From positions 104,222,001 to 104,286,000 of the forward strand of contig OZ024745.1 in assembly GCA_964016885.1 (NCBI GenBank): a stretch of 64,000 nt of DNA, read 5' to 3'. Source of the stretch: Eledone cirrhosa (lineage: Eukaryota). Positions 1 through 13,650 of this stretch are shown piece after piece (the first letter of the stretch is position 1; every line of letters begins with the position of its first letter). A program made the position numbers and the translations under genes. The notes below the pieces were generated by a model that was given only the letters and a program-made list of their open reading frames with translations, made no database searches and had not been told where the DNA came from.

Positions 1-672
1 TCACTTGTTGCATTTAGCTTGATAACTTATACCTTTGCCAGTCTCATCTTTATTCACACCTTCCTTTATGGTGTATATTTTACTTTATTTTTTATCTATT
101 TTTTATCTATTTTTTTATCTATTTTTTATCTATTTTTATCTCTTAACTTTTTAAAAAAAAATTTTTTTTACCATGCATTTTATAATTTTTATATTCTTAT
201 TCCTTTATTGTTTATTTCTCATCCATTACGGTGTACTCCTTATGAGTTTCCTACCATGTATGTTCCTTCCGTTATTTGTCCTTATGTTCCCATATTTTTA
301 TATGTTTTTATAATTTATTATATTCCTTTATATTGTACTCCTCCATGTTATATGTCATCGTTTCTACTGTTATTGCTATATTTTGTCACAGTATGGAGTA
401 TGTGCCCATCCGTTTTTGATATGTTATTTGTATTAGTGTATACTTTCTGTATTGCATATGGGTGCTTGCGTGTAGGTGCATGCGGGTGCTCATGCTTATA
501 CGTATACTTTTATGTGAGTGTATGCATACGTAGCTGTGTGTTAACCAATCACATCATTGCTTCCATGATTGCCGGTCATAATATAACCCTACCCAACTGT
601 GAGTGATAACACTTTAGATCCGTATCCTTATTAGTATTAGTATATTCCTCATATTCACTATCGTTTGCTTGA

Positions 673-831
673 TTTTATTTTTTATTTTTTATTTTTTATT
701 TTTTATTTTTTATTTTTTATTTTTTATTTTTTATTTTTTATTTTTTATTTTTTATTTTTTATTTTTTATTTTTTATTTTTTATTTTTTATTTTTTATTTT
801 TTATTTTTTATTTTTTATTTTTTATTTTTTA
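673..831. repeat. (TTTTTTA)n 7-bp microsatellite
   Basis: Perfect tandem TTTTTTA units; source of the spurious FFIFYFL ORFs. Confidence 0.95.
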
Positions 832-954
832 TCCTTTATTCCTTATCTCTTACATGAAAAATACTTTAAATTCCTCCCACCTTATGATATCCCCACATTA
901 TATTCTTCTGTTTTGGATTTGTTAATGCTTCTATACTCTGTATCTACTCTTTAA

Positions 955-998
955 GCTCTGAAGAGTCCCACTTTTAGTGTGGACGAAACATTGTCAGC
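955..998 (+). ncRNA. Minimal type-I hammerhead ribozyme in the 3' pLTR-like region (about 1-1130) of an upstream PLE
   Basis: GCT-CTGAAGA-GTCCCAC(TTTTA)GTGTGGAC-GAAAC-ATT-GTC^AGC. Stem I GCT/AGC, canonical core, GUC triplet, predicted cut after 995. Confidence 0.85.
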
Positions 999-1574
999 AA
1001 TTAAAGATATACCTATGTTCTAAGCGCTCTTTGTTGTTAATTGTATTACGGCTCTGTCTTCAGACATTGAGCTAACCATATACTGCCTATCTGATAAGTT
1101 GAGTGTTATACACTCTCAATTTTCTCTTTTATATATTATACATACATATATATATATACATATATATATATAAGTACACACATATATATACACACATACA
1201 CGCACACACACATACACACACACATACATATAAATAATAAAAACACGTATATATGTATGTATACATGCGCTCACATACGACCTTATGTGAGTACACTAAA
1301 GACCTAGTGGGTAAGTAAGGAGTAAAACTGAAAATAAAATAATAAAAACAATTATTAAGGACAGGTAAGGGAGAAAAGGGATGTAAAAGTTATAGTAGAG
1401 AGTGAGTGTTTGTGATGAGATCTGGATAAGGGTATATAGTTAAAAAGTGATCTGGGTAAAGGATGAAGGTGGTGGGTGTGTATGTGTTAAAGGTATAGTA
1501 GAAAGTAGGGGGGGGGGAATTATAAGTCAAATGAAAAAAATAAAATGTAAAAGAATAAAAATAATGATAAAAAA

Positions 1575-3283
1575 TAAAGATAACTGGATTGAAAGCCTAG
1601 CTAAACGTAAAGTATATATTACCCTTAAAGACCATAAATTAGACTTTACTAATCGACCTAGTTGTAGATTAAATCTGAAATTGGCCTTGCGAGTAAAAAA
1701 ATTTTTAAATAATACTTCAAATAAGAACTATCACTGACTTATCTCAATGGTTAAATACATCCTCTGTTATTTCTTGGTTTAATAATATACAAGGAAAAAA
1801 TAATTAGATTTACCCAATTTGATATTGTTGATATTTACCCCTCTATCACTGAATCCTTATTAACAAAAGCCTTAGATTTTGCTAGACTTTTCATTAATAT
1901 TTCTAAATTAGAAGAAGACGTTATCTTTCATGCTAGGAAAACACTACTCTTTGCTAATGAAGGTACTTGCGTTAAAAAATCAAGCCCTGAAAACTCTTTT
2001 GATGTTGCGATGGGCTCATATGATAGTGCCGATGTGTGCGACTTAGAAGGATTATTCCTCCTCCACAGCCTTAAAGAGAAATTTCCTGGCCATAATATCG
2101 GTTCTATACTGAGACGACGGTTTGGCAGTTTCTCATACCACCAACGGCCATAACCTTGATAAATTCCGTAAAGACTTAATCAATACCTTTGCTAACCTAA
2201 ACCTTAAAATTACTATAGATACGAATCTTACTAATGTTAACTTTCTTAATATCAATCTTGACCTACTTACCGCCTCTTTTAAACCTTATCATAAACCTAA
2301 TGAAAATTTAAGATATATACATAAAGAGTCATGCCATCCCCTTATAGTCTTTAAAAATCTTATTCCTAACATTAGCCTTAGGATTTCTACCTTATCTTCG
2401 TCTATAGAAATGTTTAACAAAGCTGCCTCTTATTATAATAAGGCCCTCAATAACAGCGGCTTCACCGAACAAATTAAATATTTACCTACTCCTCCTTCTA
2501 ACACTAAACACAAAAACAGGAAAAGAAAAATTATTTGGTTTACACCCCCTTCTCTCTAACTGTTAAAACTAACGTAGGAAGAAAATTCCTCGACCTCCTA
2601 GACAAACATTTTCCCTCTAATCATAGATATAGTAAGATATTCAATAGAAATGTAGTTAAAATCAGCTACTCTTGCTGCCCATCAATGAAAACTAAAATTA
2701 CCAACTCTAATGGTACTAGAGTAAATTCAGGATGAAGTTGCAGGAAGCCGGAAGAATGCCCATTACAGGGTAAATGTAATACCAAATCTATTGTGTATGA
2801 GGCCAAATTGACACCGATGATTAATAACCAGCCATCCAGGCGTGAACGATATGTTGGCATGACTCAGGACTGATTTAAAACCAGGTACTATGCACATGTC
2901 GCTTCTTTCAAGCACCCTGAAAAAAGACCAGCAACGGCGCTGGCAAATAAAGTGTCGGAGTTTAAAGACAAAAACATTCCGTACACTATTGATTGGTCTA
3001 TTTTAGACCATTCAAGAGAATACCACAGGGGCACAAAAAATGTTCTTTGTGTACTACGGAAAAAATTAGAATTCTCCAAAACTTGAAAACCCCTGCCACT
3101 TGTCTAAACTCTAAGACCGAGATCTTTAGATGTTGTCCGCACCTGAAATCGCATCTACTTTTTAACTGGATTAACACACCAACGATTACTCAACCACCTT
3201 AAGCTTCTTCTTTACTTATCACGCCTTCCACTCACTACCAATATCATTACCTTATGAACACATACTTTCTAGCAATATATACT
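1575..3283 (+). mobile_element. Decayed Naiad-like Penelope element (RT + C-terminal GIY-YIG), 5'-truncated
   Basis: ITLKDHK..SCRL, QFDIVDIYPSI, MGSYDSADVCDL, LRDDG, thumb RKIIWFTPP, xSCRKPEECPL, YVGMT..FKTRY, CSLCTTEK..CCPH. Several frameshifts and stops. Confidence 0.9.
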
Positions 3284-6200
3284 TGTAGTGGCCCCTAGCG
3301 GTCGAGAACTCAGAAGTAATGAAAGTTACGTCCCTTGGGGACTGTAGTGACCCCCTAGTGTCAACAACAAGAGGTAATTGGAGTTACGTCCCCATAGGGA
3401 CTATCTATTGAGACAGCGAGAGGGCTCTTCCTCTCTCTTACACCGCAGCAGCCCTGGAGAACGGATGCGACTTCGCCTTCTCCACTTCAGAGTTCACCCA
3501 CAACACGTGACGTGAACATGTCAAAAGTAACTCTCTCACTAACAGCGTCATGAACTAACTACATAGATAACATCACGCCAAGAGCAACTCTCTCACTAAC
3601 AATCTCATGAACCAACTACACAGATAACATCGACAACTTTCGTAACTCATTGGTAATATGTTTATTGTTCTATTTTGACTTCAATGAAGTAAACCTTTGT
3701 ATAAAAAGTAAATCAGCCATTCTTATTCTTTCAACAACGACTGTTATAATAATATCTGTACTAATACCATTTACTAAAGTGGTGACCCAGCCGTGGGAAC
3801 TAAATGTTCCTTTAAAAAAAAAATACGAAGTGGTATTAAAAAAAAAAAAATTAATAGAAAACAACAACACGCTTTTGGATTCTGATATGGCTTCATTTAC
3901 CGATCACACAAGGAAGAGAAAACTGATCTTTTTGTTAAGAACAATTATGTAAATATTTTTTTCTTCTTTCCCTTGCTCAAATTTGTGAAGATGTCAAGAT
4001 GGCGGCTTTCTTCTTCATCAGTTCTTTTGGCGCTAAACTGTGCACCATGCTGGTTTTTGATTTAGGTTCTCTGTAAATGTATTGTTCATGCCATTGTTTG
4101 ATTAGTCGCTCCCTTACACATTATTTCGGATGCATTCTTTTTCCTGTCCGGTTGTTTGACAGAAAAAAACAAGTGGGTTTATTTTCTTTTTCCCTTGTGT
4201 CCGAGATATTTTTCTATACGGTGACGCATTTCGCCGCTTACTGATATTGCACCAATGCATCTCATTCTATTCTCCCTACTTACACGGGCGACGCAAGTTA
4301 TGGTTCGCTCAAATGGAAGCATTTTTCGAGGCTAACAACATCGCCGAGGCCCAGAAACGTCCTTAGTGTCTTTCCTCTGGCACTTCTCCCAATTATTAAG
4401 GATCTCGTATTGGAGACACCGACTGACGCTACTTACCAGTCGTTGAAGGCTGAGATACTCGGCCGGACTGCACAGTCCGCCGAGAAACGCTTTAGAGCTC
4501 TGGTTCATTTGGAGCATATCGGGGATGGCACTCCATCGAACCTCTTACGTCGAATGAAAGACCTAACAGAGGGGTCGGTAGCGGAAACTGTGTTGTTGAA
4601 GCAGTTGTTTTTCTCACGGCTAGAGACCAACGTTCGAGCAATTTTGGCTCCCATTAGGGATACATGTTCTGTGGACCAACTGGCCGCCTCTGCGGACAAA
4701 GCTTTTGAGGTCACGGGTGCTGGAGGCAGCGAGGCCCTTGCCGCTGTTTCTCACCCAACTCAGGCCACACCTGGTCATGCCACCTGCGCGGCAACTCATG
4801 CAGACAGCGCAGCTATAATGGCTATGCAGAAAGCCATTCTGGAACTCACACTGGAGCTACAGAAGCTGAAAACCTCTACTGGTGCTCGTTTGTGGTTTCT
4901 CAATTCGTGGCCGAAAAGCCAATGCTCCAACGATCAGCCCAATATTCTTCATCGCTGCCGCTGGAGACGCCTATCACTCGTTGTTAGGGATCGTTTCCGG
5001 AGCTCACCGATGGAAATTTGCGAGTTACTGAGCCAACTCGCTCAACCGAACATTTTATTTCCACAACCGGTGCTCCAGTGTTTTCACGTCCACGTCGTTT
5101 ACCCGCGGACAAGTTAAAGGCAGCACGGTCTGAGTTCGACTACATGCTGCAGCTGGGCATTATTCACCCATCTACGAGTCCTTGGGCTTCCCCGTTACAT
5201 ATGGTGCCCAAGACTTCTGGCGACTGGAGACCCACTGGAGATTATAGGAGGTTAAACCTGATGACCGTCCCGGATAGATATCCGATTCCCCACCTCCAGG
5301 ATTTCGCATCTTCGTTGCAGGGTTGTAAGATTTTCTCCAAACTCGATTTACCACCAAATTCCGGTCAGGAAGGAAGACATTCCGAAAACAGCTATTACGA
5401 CTCCTTTCGGATCCTTCGAGTGTTTGACCATGCCTTTCGGACTCAGGAATGCCGCTAGCACTTTTCAGCGGTTCATAGACGAGGTCACTCATGGTCTGGA
5501 CTTCGTTTATACATATATAGATGATCTTCTCGTCACTAGTTCCTCTCCAGAAGAGTATATGCGTCACCTGAACCTTTTATTTCGCCGACTCCAGGATTAC
5601 CACGTTCGAGTGAATCCCGCAAAGTATGTTTTCGGATCCGCTTCACTGAATTTTTTAGGTCACATCATCGACGCCGAGAATATTTGACCCCATCCAAAGC
5701 GAGTTAAGGCTATACAGGATTTACCTCCGCCTACTACACTTCACCAGTGGCGTCACTTCCTAGGCCTAATCAATTTTTATAGACGTTTCGTTCCTCAATG
5801 TGCAAAATTACTGTTTTCCCTTACCGAGATTTTGAAAAATCGTCGTAAGAAGAATGAGGATATTTCCTTGACAGAAGGACAACTCGAGGATTTCCAGACT
5901 GCCAAGACAGCACTGGCTAATTCATCTTTGCTAGCCCACCCAGTACCAGAGGCCATGCTTTCACTTTGTGTCGATGCATCTGATACCATTGTGGGAGCAA
6001 ACTTTACAACAGTCAGCACGTTTGGTCGGGAGTTATTAGCCATATATCTGTCGTTGAAACATTTTTCTCACATTCTTGAGGGGAGAAATTTTACGGTTTT
6101 CACTGACCACAAACCTCTGACCTTCGCTTTGAGGGCTAAAGCCGACAAATATTCGCCTAGAGAGACAAGGCAACTCGATTACATTTCGCAGTTTACAAAT

Positions 6201-7210
6201 GATATACAGCACATTGCTGGCTTACTAAATACAGGTGCAGACGCCTTGTCACGCTTGCCAATCAGCTCGATTTCGTCATCCCAGGAGATAGATTTAAGTC
6301 GTTTGGCAACAGACCAACCTGCACTCGAATCGTTGGATACTTCATCAGCCGAATTTACGACTTGCAACCTGAAATATCTGCCCTTGTCGACTATCGACAG
6401 GCAGATTCTCTGCGATGTATCTACGGATTCACCACGACCTTATGTTCCCGAGACTCACCGTCGAATTGTGTTCCTTGCTTTGCACAGCATTTCTCACCCA
6501 GGATCTTCAGCCACAGTAAAGCTCATAACGGCTAAATTTTTCTGGCCAAATATGAGGCGAGAAATGACTGCCTGGTGCCGTTCTTGCATAGAGTGTCAAA
6601 AATCTAAAGTCCACAGACACATCCGGACTCCACTTGGTACTTTCAGTACTGCAGATGCTCGTTTTCAACACAATCACAACTATATCGTTAGACCTTGGCC
6701 AGTCAGTAGTGGATATTCTTGCCTTTTGACCTGCATTGATCGTTTTTCGCGATGGCCTGAAGCCATCCCCTTAAAGGACATTACCACCGAGACGATAGAA
6801 CGTGCCCTGGTATCAGGGTGGATTGCCCGCTATGGCGTGCCAACCACAATTACCACAGACCGCGGTAGGCAATTTGAATCTCATCTTTTCTCAGAGCTGA
6901 CAAAAATTATTGGCGCCAACGCATTCGGACCACATCTTATCATCCTGCTTCAAACGGAATGGTGGAACGTTTTCACCGCCAATTAAAGGCCGCTCTTCGC
7001 GCCTATCCAGCCTCTCTACGTTGAAGCGAGTACCTTCCTATTGTGTTGTTAGGAATTCGGTCATCAATAAAGGAGGACCATAGGTTCTCTCCGGCCGAAG
7101 TATTGTATGGTGCTCCTCTAGCGTTGCCTGGGCAAATGCTTGCCCCTGTTGATCTTCCTTTTCAAGATCCTCTTTGCTACGTATCTCGTTTGCGCTCCTA
7201 TTTTCAGAAA
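3284..7210 (+). mobile_element. Decayed Ty3/Gypsy LTR retrotransposon (5' LTR about 3284-3779, gag, RT, RNase H, integrase); 3' LTR not seen
   Basis: LTR starts TGTAGTG. PBS-like TGGTGACCC at about 3780. gag-like ORF 4410. [62 protein letters not shown], HxxxHPG..Cxx[21 protein letters not shown]. Frameshifted. Confidence 0.93.
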
Positions 7211-7211
7211 C

Positions 7212-9254
7212 CATAGTGTACACCACGGACAGGAAAGTGCCTAGCGCCGAGGCATGCAGATACGACAATAGCAGTAGTACCTCCATAGGTAGACAGAACG
7301 ACCCGGAACTAGCTTCCAGGAACACGAGTAGCAGCATAGATCACCACAAGGACACAAGACCGACATTAAGACAGACGAAGACACACACGGACGCCAGACC
7401 ACCCGGTACACGTAGACAGAAGCCCGGCACGCACACCACATGCGTCGCGGAAACTAGAACTAGGGACAGGGTAAGGAGAAGTACGGCCGTTGAACCTTGT
7501 GGAGGAAACACCCGGATAAGTGGCAATGATATAGCCCCGACAACAGCACCGCATAGCATTAACGAGACTAACAGTAGAGCCGACAATACAAAACGGAATA
7601 CCTCAGTAAGCGAACAGCGTAACCCAGACGTCCACGGTAGACATATAGATAGCGGCAACATAGGGGACGAAATAACGGGCGGGCAAAATCCGGTACGGAC
7701 ACCTGACCCAACACAAATTCACACTACGACACACAGACGAAGGAACAAGACTAGATCTAAGGCCGTTACATGGTTTAACGTGCTGTATTCGAAGCATGAA
7801 TGCAGCAATGTACCAGATCTCTTCTTCCGAGCGTTGGACGAATGCTTCCCGCTGTCGAGCAGATACCACAAGATTTTCAACCTCCACACGGTGAAGTTCT
7901 CCTTCTCCACCCACCTAACATGGCAGACTACATGGCCAAAACCAACGCGGCGAAGATGGGGAATCTTGACCGTCAACCGCGGCGGCCGAATGACCGTCCA
8001 TCGGAGCCCGGAGGGTCCTTTGCAGACCGGTTTTCCAACTACAACTCGGCCCCTGCGGCGGCCGCCGCGCCCGCGGAAGACGATACAATCTAACGCCGGG
8101 CGGAAATGAGTGGCGGAGTGGAAACCACCGTGTCGACAGAACAACACCCAGATAATCGGGAGAGGACCGTGGTAGATCAAGGGCCAGGCGTCCGAAATGA
8201 ACAATATAATGACAGAACGTACAACTGCAGAGCGGGCACACAGTCCTCTCTGCAGGGAAGATGCCTAACAACGGGCCTGGTAGATAAATGTGTGGTTAAC
8301 ACGCACAACACAAAGCGCACCTACATCGGCGCAACATCCACGACCTTTAAATCGAGGATGCATAACCACACAAACTCTTTCAAGGACCGGAGCACGAGGC
8401 ACTCTACTAGGCTGGCGGACCTGGTGTGGGATTTGAAATACAAAGGCCTCAACTGGAGTATCGTTCGGCATGCGAATGCATATTCGGCTGGAAATAGAAA
8501 GTGTAGGCTATGCCTATCTGAGGCCATGGAGATAGTCAGATTGAAGGATGATGCGGTCAACCTGTAATCGAAAATAATCATGACGTGCAGACACCAGAGA
8601 AGGTGAACACTCTCCGCATGGAATCCACCGGGCAGCCCAAGCTAAAGGAATGCGGGGAAGCGCACGCCGGCAAGAGAGGCGAAACGGGTTCAAGGGATCA
8701 GACACCATACCCTGTTGACTATATATGCCCCGTGGGGTAAGCCGACATAACCCAGGATGCCTACCCGACTCTGCACGTCACACTAGGCAACAACATCGCC
8801 TGAGCCGGGACAGGTTGACCCAAATTTCACTGATATTCAGTCCCGTGCCTTACACTAATAAGGCACTATACCTCACCCACAGTTACATGCTCCAGTATGG
8901 TCTGTCCATGCACCCCCTACATGTGTAACTTTTCAGTAGAGAGTGCATACTCTCTACGCATTCTATTTTGTAACACCTAATGTATTTTCCGTATACAAAC
9001 CCACGTGTGTATCTCATACTTCTCTTGTGTACTATCTCATATGCATTCACGTTCCTTCTTATTTTTTATATATATTCTGCACGCATTTTCTATGTACGGT
9101 CTGGGCATACTACTTACTGTAATACCATGAACGCACATTATGTGGATTTTGCGTGAGGATTCCATACGTGGATTGGTCCATGCTCGCAACGTAACAACAT
9201 CTCTGTAGGCACATATAACAAGATGCATCCTTTCATGTATAGCCCACTGTGCCG

Positions 9255-9256
<2 letters not shown>
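7212..9256 (+). mobile_element. 3' part of a GC-rich Naiad-like PLE (thumb, GIY-YIG 8106-8610, 3' pLTR)
   Basis: AVTWFN..FFRALDECFP..RYHKIFN.HTVKFSFS; NCRAG..GRCL..YIGATSTTFKSR..H..SF; KCRLCLSE..CRH. Confidence 0.85.
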
Positions 9257-9311
<55 letters not shown>

Positions 9312-9316
<5 letters not shown>

Positions 9317-9981
9317 CGGCACATAAAGATACACAGTGGGCTATACATGAAAGGATGCATCTTGTTATATGTGCCTACAGAGATGTTGTTACGTTGCGAG
9401 CATGGACCAATCCACGTATGGAATCCTCACGCAAAATCCACATAATGTGCGTTCATGGTATTACAGTAAGTAGTATGCGCAGACCGTACATAGAAAATGC
9501 GTGCAGAATATATATAAAAAATAAGAAGGAACGTGTATGCATATGAGATAGTACACAAGAGAAGTATGAGATACACACGTGGGTTTGTATACGGAAAATA
9601 CATTAGGTGTTACAAAATAGAATGCGTGGAGTGTATGCACTCTCTACTGAAAAGATACACATGTAGGGGGTGCATGGACAGACCATACTGGAGCATGTAA
9701 CTGTGGGTGAGGTGTAGTGCCTTATTAGTGTAAGGCACGGGACTGAATATCAGTGCAATTTGGGTCAACCTGTCCCGGCTCAGGCGATGTTGTTGCCTAG
9801 TGTGACGTGCAGAGTCAGGTAGACATCCTGGGTTATGTCGGCTTACCCCACGGGGCATATATAGTCAACAGGGTATGGTGCCTGATCCCTTGAACCCGTT
9901 TCGCCTCTCTTGCCGGCGTGCGCTTCCCCGCATGCCTTTAGCTTGGGCTGCCCGGTGGATTCCATGCGGAGAGTGTTCACC
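9312..9981 (-). repeat. Inverted copy of the pLTR 8601-9256, forming a (TA)n-centred palindrome
   Basis: Reverse-complement match; the mirrored ORFs 8725+/9610- and 9037-/9223+ are near identical. Confidence 0.92.
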
Positions 9982-10906
9982 TTTTTTTTTAATAAAAAAC
10001 CGCGATAATATTGCTTTTTGCTGAACTCCTTATTGTAGAGTTTTTTTCGGAATGTTTTTTGAGTGTTGTTTCTTGTAAACAAACATTCGTCTCATTCTGA
10101 CATCACGTGCGTTTTATTTTTCATAATCACGCATGATGGTGAACTAGCCTGTTTTAAATTCCCTTTTTGGCATATTAATCTGTGAGAATTTTGGTTATCG
10201 AGTTGAGCTCTGCTGAGGATCGAATTCCAGCCGTGACCATCTCCACTGAAAGTTTTCGTGAAATAGTCTTTAAGACTATACAGAGCATTTGAAGTTTTTC
10301 CAAATTGAAGGATGAGTATTTTAAACTTTATTTTATCATGAGTTAAGGCTCTATTGATTTTTCCCTGGATTTCACTAAATTCTGTGGATGAATCTATATC
10401 CTGATTCGTTTTGAGATGAGTTTGAATTATTTTTCCCACATCTTACGTTAACTATTTTTCCCATTTTGACGCTATAGTCACTTATATATTATGGAATACT
10501 GTTGGCCTTTTGCTACAATGTTTTTCTATACCTTTCATTTATATATATTTATATATATGTATATATTTATAACAAGATGCATCCTTTCATGTATGGCCCA
10601 TTGTGTATCTTTATATAACTTTGTGTGTATATTCTTTTTATGTATATATATATTTTTTTTATGCGTGCGTGGGTCTGTATATGAATATGCGCATATATGT
10701 AAGAGTGTATATGCGCCAGAGTGTGTGTACAAGCACCCGTGTAGGGAAAGGGCTTGTTTGTGTATATATGTGTGTTTGCGCGCGAGTGTGTATCTGTGTG
10801 TGTATATATGTATATGTGTTCGTGTGGGTGGAGGGAGGGTTCTATGTATATGTCTGTACGTGTTTGTATGTACGGGCATGTATACGCGAGTGCATGTATA
10901 TGCACA

Positions 10907-10944
<38 letters not shown>

Positions 10945-11317
10945 CGCGTGGGTGTGTGAACAACCAAACACAGCAATAATTTATTGAAGTGTAGCAGACA
11001 TGTAACAGCTAACGCACTGATGGTCAGCGGACTGGTACCTGTGGTCAGAATTATGATGACGTCGATAACCAGCGGCCAATGACAGGATGCGCGAAGAGGA
11101 TGAAGTTTTTGACGGTACTGGCCCAGAGGATGAGAGAATATGCTCCGAAATCATTAGACGTGTCCGTCGAACCTGTAGGTCCAGAATCAGACAGATCCAC
11201 ACAATGATCGCGTCTCGAGCTGTCCACCGGGGAAACAATTGTAACACACAATAAATTGAGTTCAGATGCATCACTGATTTTTCGTTTTCTATTCTATATA
11301 TATATATTTATATTTTC

Positions 11318-11394
<77 letters not shown>

Positions 11395-11415
11395 TTCTCT
11401 CTCTCTCTCTCTCTC

Positions 11416-11464
<49 letters not shown>

Positions 11465-11508
11465 AGGAAAATGCGAAGTTGAAGATGTTAGAGTCCTTTA
11501 TTAATTGA

Positions 11509-11562
11509 ACCGTTATGCATCATATTTCCATGACGATAGAGATCATGATTTCTTCAGACAGT
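11509..11562 (-). ncRNA. Hammerhead-like motif with 3 extra nt before stem II
   Basis: Minus strand reads ACTGT-CTGAAGA-AAT-CATGAT(CTCTATC)GTCATG-GAAAT-ATGATGC-ATA^ACGGT. Confidence 0.5.
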
Positions 11563-12463
11563 AAAAATTGATTAAAACATTTGGAGAACCGTAGCTATGC
11601 CAAACCATCACCAGTTGCAAGAGTGGGAGGCATCCACGATTGTCCCCCCTTGCTTCTGCTGGACACCGCCAGACGGAGTTACTCGCTGGTGTTTTGGCAT
11701 AGCTACGGCTCTCCAAATGTTTATTTTAAACATACCGTATTTCTTCTGAAATACGAAATTCCAATACATATCTTTATACAACTATGCCTGAAGCTAAATT
11801 GTAATTCTATTCTATTATAAATTGAGCCAACTTATACAGCTTCATATGCAAATGAGATTAATCACCTCATTTATACAGACAAGAAAACCATATCTTCTCG
11901 ACTGTTTTCAAAGTCCAGCAGTTGCAAGAGTGGAAGGGATCGTTCTGATGAGAACCAGTCAGATGGAGCCCCTCTTTATTTTGCTCGCACTGTCTGTGAA
12001 TGGCTTGATGTCCAATTTCTAAGACGTTAGCTGGATTGTCGAAGTCCACATGAATAGCCATTAAGTAGCCCTGACTTAACACTATACTATTTTTTCCTGT
12101 GGGGGGTTGGCGAAGGAAGAAGTTTATAGCTCAAAACTAAAAACTCTGACTTAATTGGAGGAATGCATTTGTCAAGTACTGACCAACATACGCCTGAGTT
12201 CCTAACGGAGTCAGTTAAGGATACACCCAGGCGATAAAAAAAACCTGGTAGACAACACTGGTGCCTACGTAGAATTTCAACATCACTCTACTTATATCAT
12301 TATACTGTTCAAAATAAAACATGTTTTATAAAAATCGATCAATAATCAATACAGTTATTAACAATTTTAAATAGGGAGTTTCTTTCCATCCACCCTGAAT
12401 ATAAGAAGGCAAACTATGAATTAGATTGTGTTATTTTTATTTATTAAAATCAAAACGATGAAT

Positions 12464-12756
12464 CTATAAACGAACATAAATGCTTCTCGCCAAGGATAAG
12501 ATATCTGGAATGACAATTATTGCTCCGATTACTGACAGTATTGATATTGCTATCACACCCATAGCCTGGGAGGATGTGCGTTTGTCTGGGGCACTGATTT
12601 TCTTAGCTATGTATTGAGAAGTTTTCTTCTTATCGACTTTAAGTTCATTTCGTGTTTCCTCCATTCGTTTCTCAAACTGGGCGGGACTCTCCGGAGTTGG
12701 TGATGTTTTAGTCTTGCATGGACATTTGCATTTGAATCCAGTCGTTTCTGGCGTTC
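12464..12756 (-). CDS. Terminal coding exon of a host single-pass membrane protein (CxCxC, basic helix, SAPDKRTSS, TM segment)
   Basis: Acceptor tttatAG|GA. Reads TPETTGFKCKCPCK..LKVDKKKTSQYIAKKISAPDKRTSSQAMG-VIAISILSVIGAIIVIP-DILSL..RL*. AATAAA just downstream. From memory it resembles a C-terminal module of uncharacterised mollusc proteins. Confidence 0.8.
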
Positions 12757-12821
12757 CTATAAAATTTAAAAGCGATAAATTAGAATATCTTTTTAACAAT
12801 TCAAGTTTTAATATTATATGG

Positions 12822-12955
12822 CCCTTTAAGTTCTGAGTTCAAATCCCGTCGAGGTTAACTTTGCCTTTCATCCTTACGGGGGTCGATAAAATAAAGTACC
12901 AGTAATGCACTGGGGGTAATTACTGGCCTTGTGCCAACAGTAGAAACAATATTAT
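12822..12955 (+). mobile_element. tRNA-derived SINE, partial
   Basis: B-box GAGTTCAAATCC followed by core GAGGTTAACTTTGCCTTTCATCC..GTCGATAAAATAAAGTACCAG. Confidence 0.85.
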
Positions 12956-13242
12956 ATCTGTTTTGGCAAATGTCATAAAACAGAAAATACAGCCGTCCTG
13001 AGAAAGTGTTATTCAGTTTCGATTGTTATTTTTATTTCCATAGGTCACTTTTGATAGCCATTACCACGACAAAAAGAAGCATGTATGTGGTCATTCAACA
13101 TATTAGATATTGTAGACAAGGTCCCCACAAATCAAACGATTTATTGTTTTTAAAAAGGGGGTGGGAAGATTGGTTAAAGTAATCCCTTATAAGAAAAAAA
13201 ACTGACATTTGGCTCAGAACTGATATGCCTTTTATTATATTA

Positions 13243-13650
13243 GGCGGTTGAGGGCGGTGGATTGGCAGTATCGGTAGAGGGTCGGACGCTATGCTTTGCA
13301 GCATAGAGTTACGGCTATTTATGATCTGAGCTCAAATCCCGCCGAGGTTAACTTTGTCTTTCATCCTTATGGGATCGATAAAATAAAGTACCAGTCACGC
13401 ACTGAGGTCGATTTAATCGACTTTCCCCTCCCCCCAAATTACTGGCCTTGTGCCTATATAAGAAACCATTATATTAGGTGGTAAATTGGCAGTATCGGTA
13501 GAGTGTCAGACACCATGGTCCTTTGTGTTCTGAGTTCAAATCCCGCCGAGGTTAACTTTGCCTTTCATCCTTACGAGGTCGATAAAATAAAGCACCAGTA
13601 ATGCACTAGGGTAATTGCTGACTTTGTGCTAAAAATAGAAACAATTATTT
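13243..13650 (+). mobile_element. Two tandem tRNA-derived SINE copies (about 13243-13475 and 13476-13650)
   Basis: A-box-like GGCGGTGGATTGGCAGTATCGGTAGAG, B-box and the shared core occur twice. Confidence 0.88.

Noticed and set aside
11160-11247. GTGT-CCGTCGA...GAAACAATTGTA-ACAC hammerhead-like arrangement
   Set aside because: Two core positions are wrong and stem II is weak; at best a dead relic.
11580-12270. Moderately GC-rich segment with a short internal repeat (CAGTTGCAAGAGTGG)
   Set aside because: Probably an old TE fragment, but no family motif could be supported.
13243-13345. tRNA-like A and B boxes
   Set aside because: No cloverleaf, and always followed by the SINE core; these are SINE heads, not tRNA genes.
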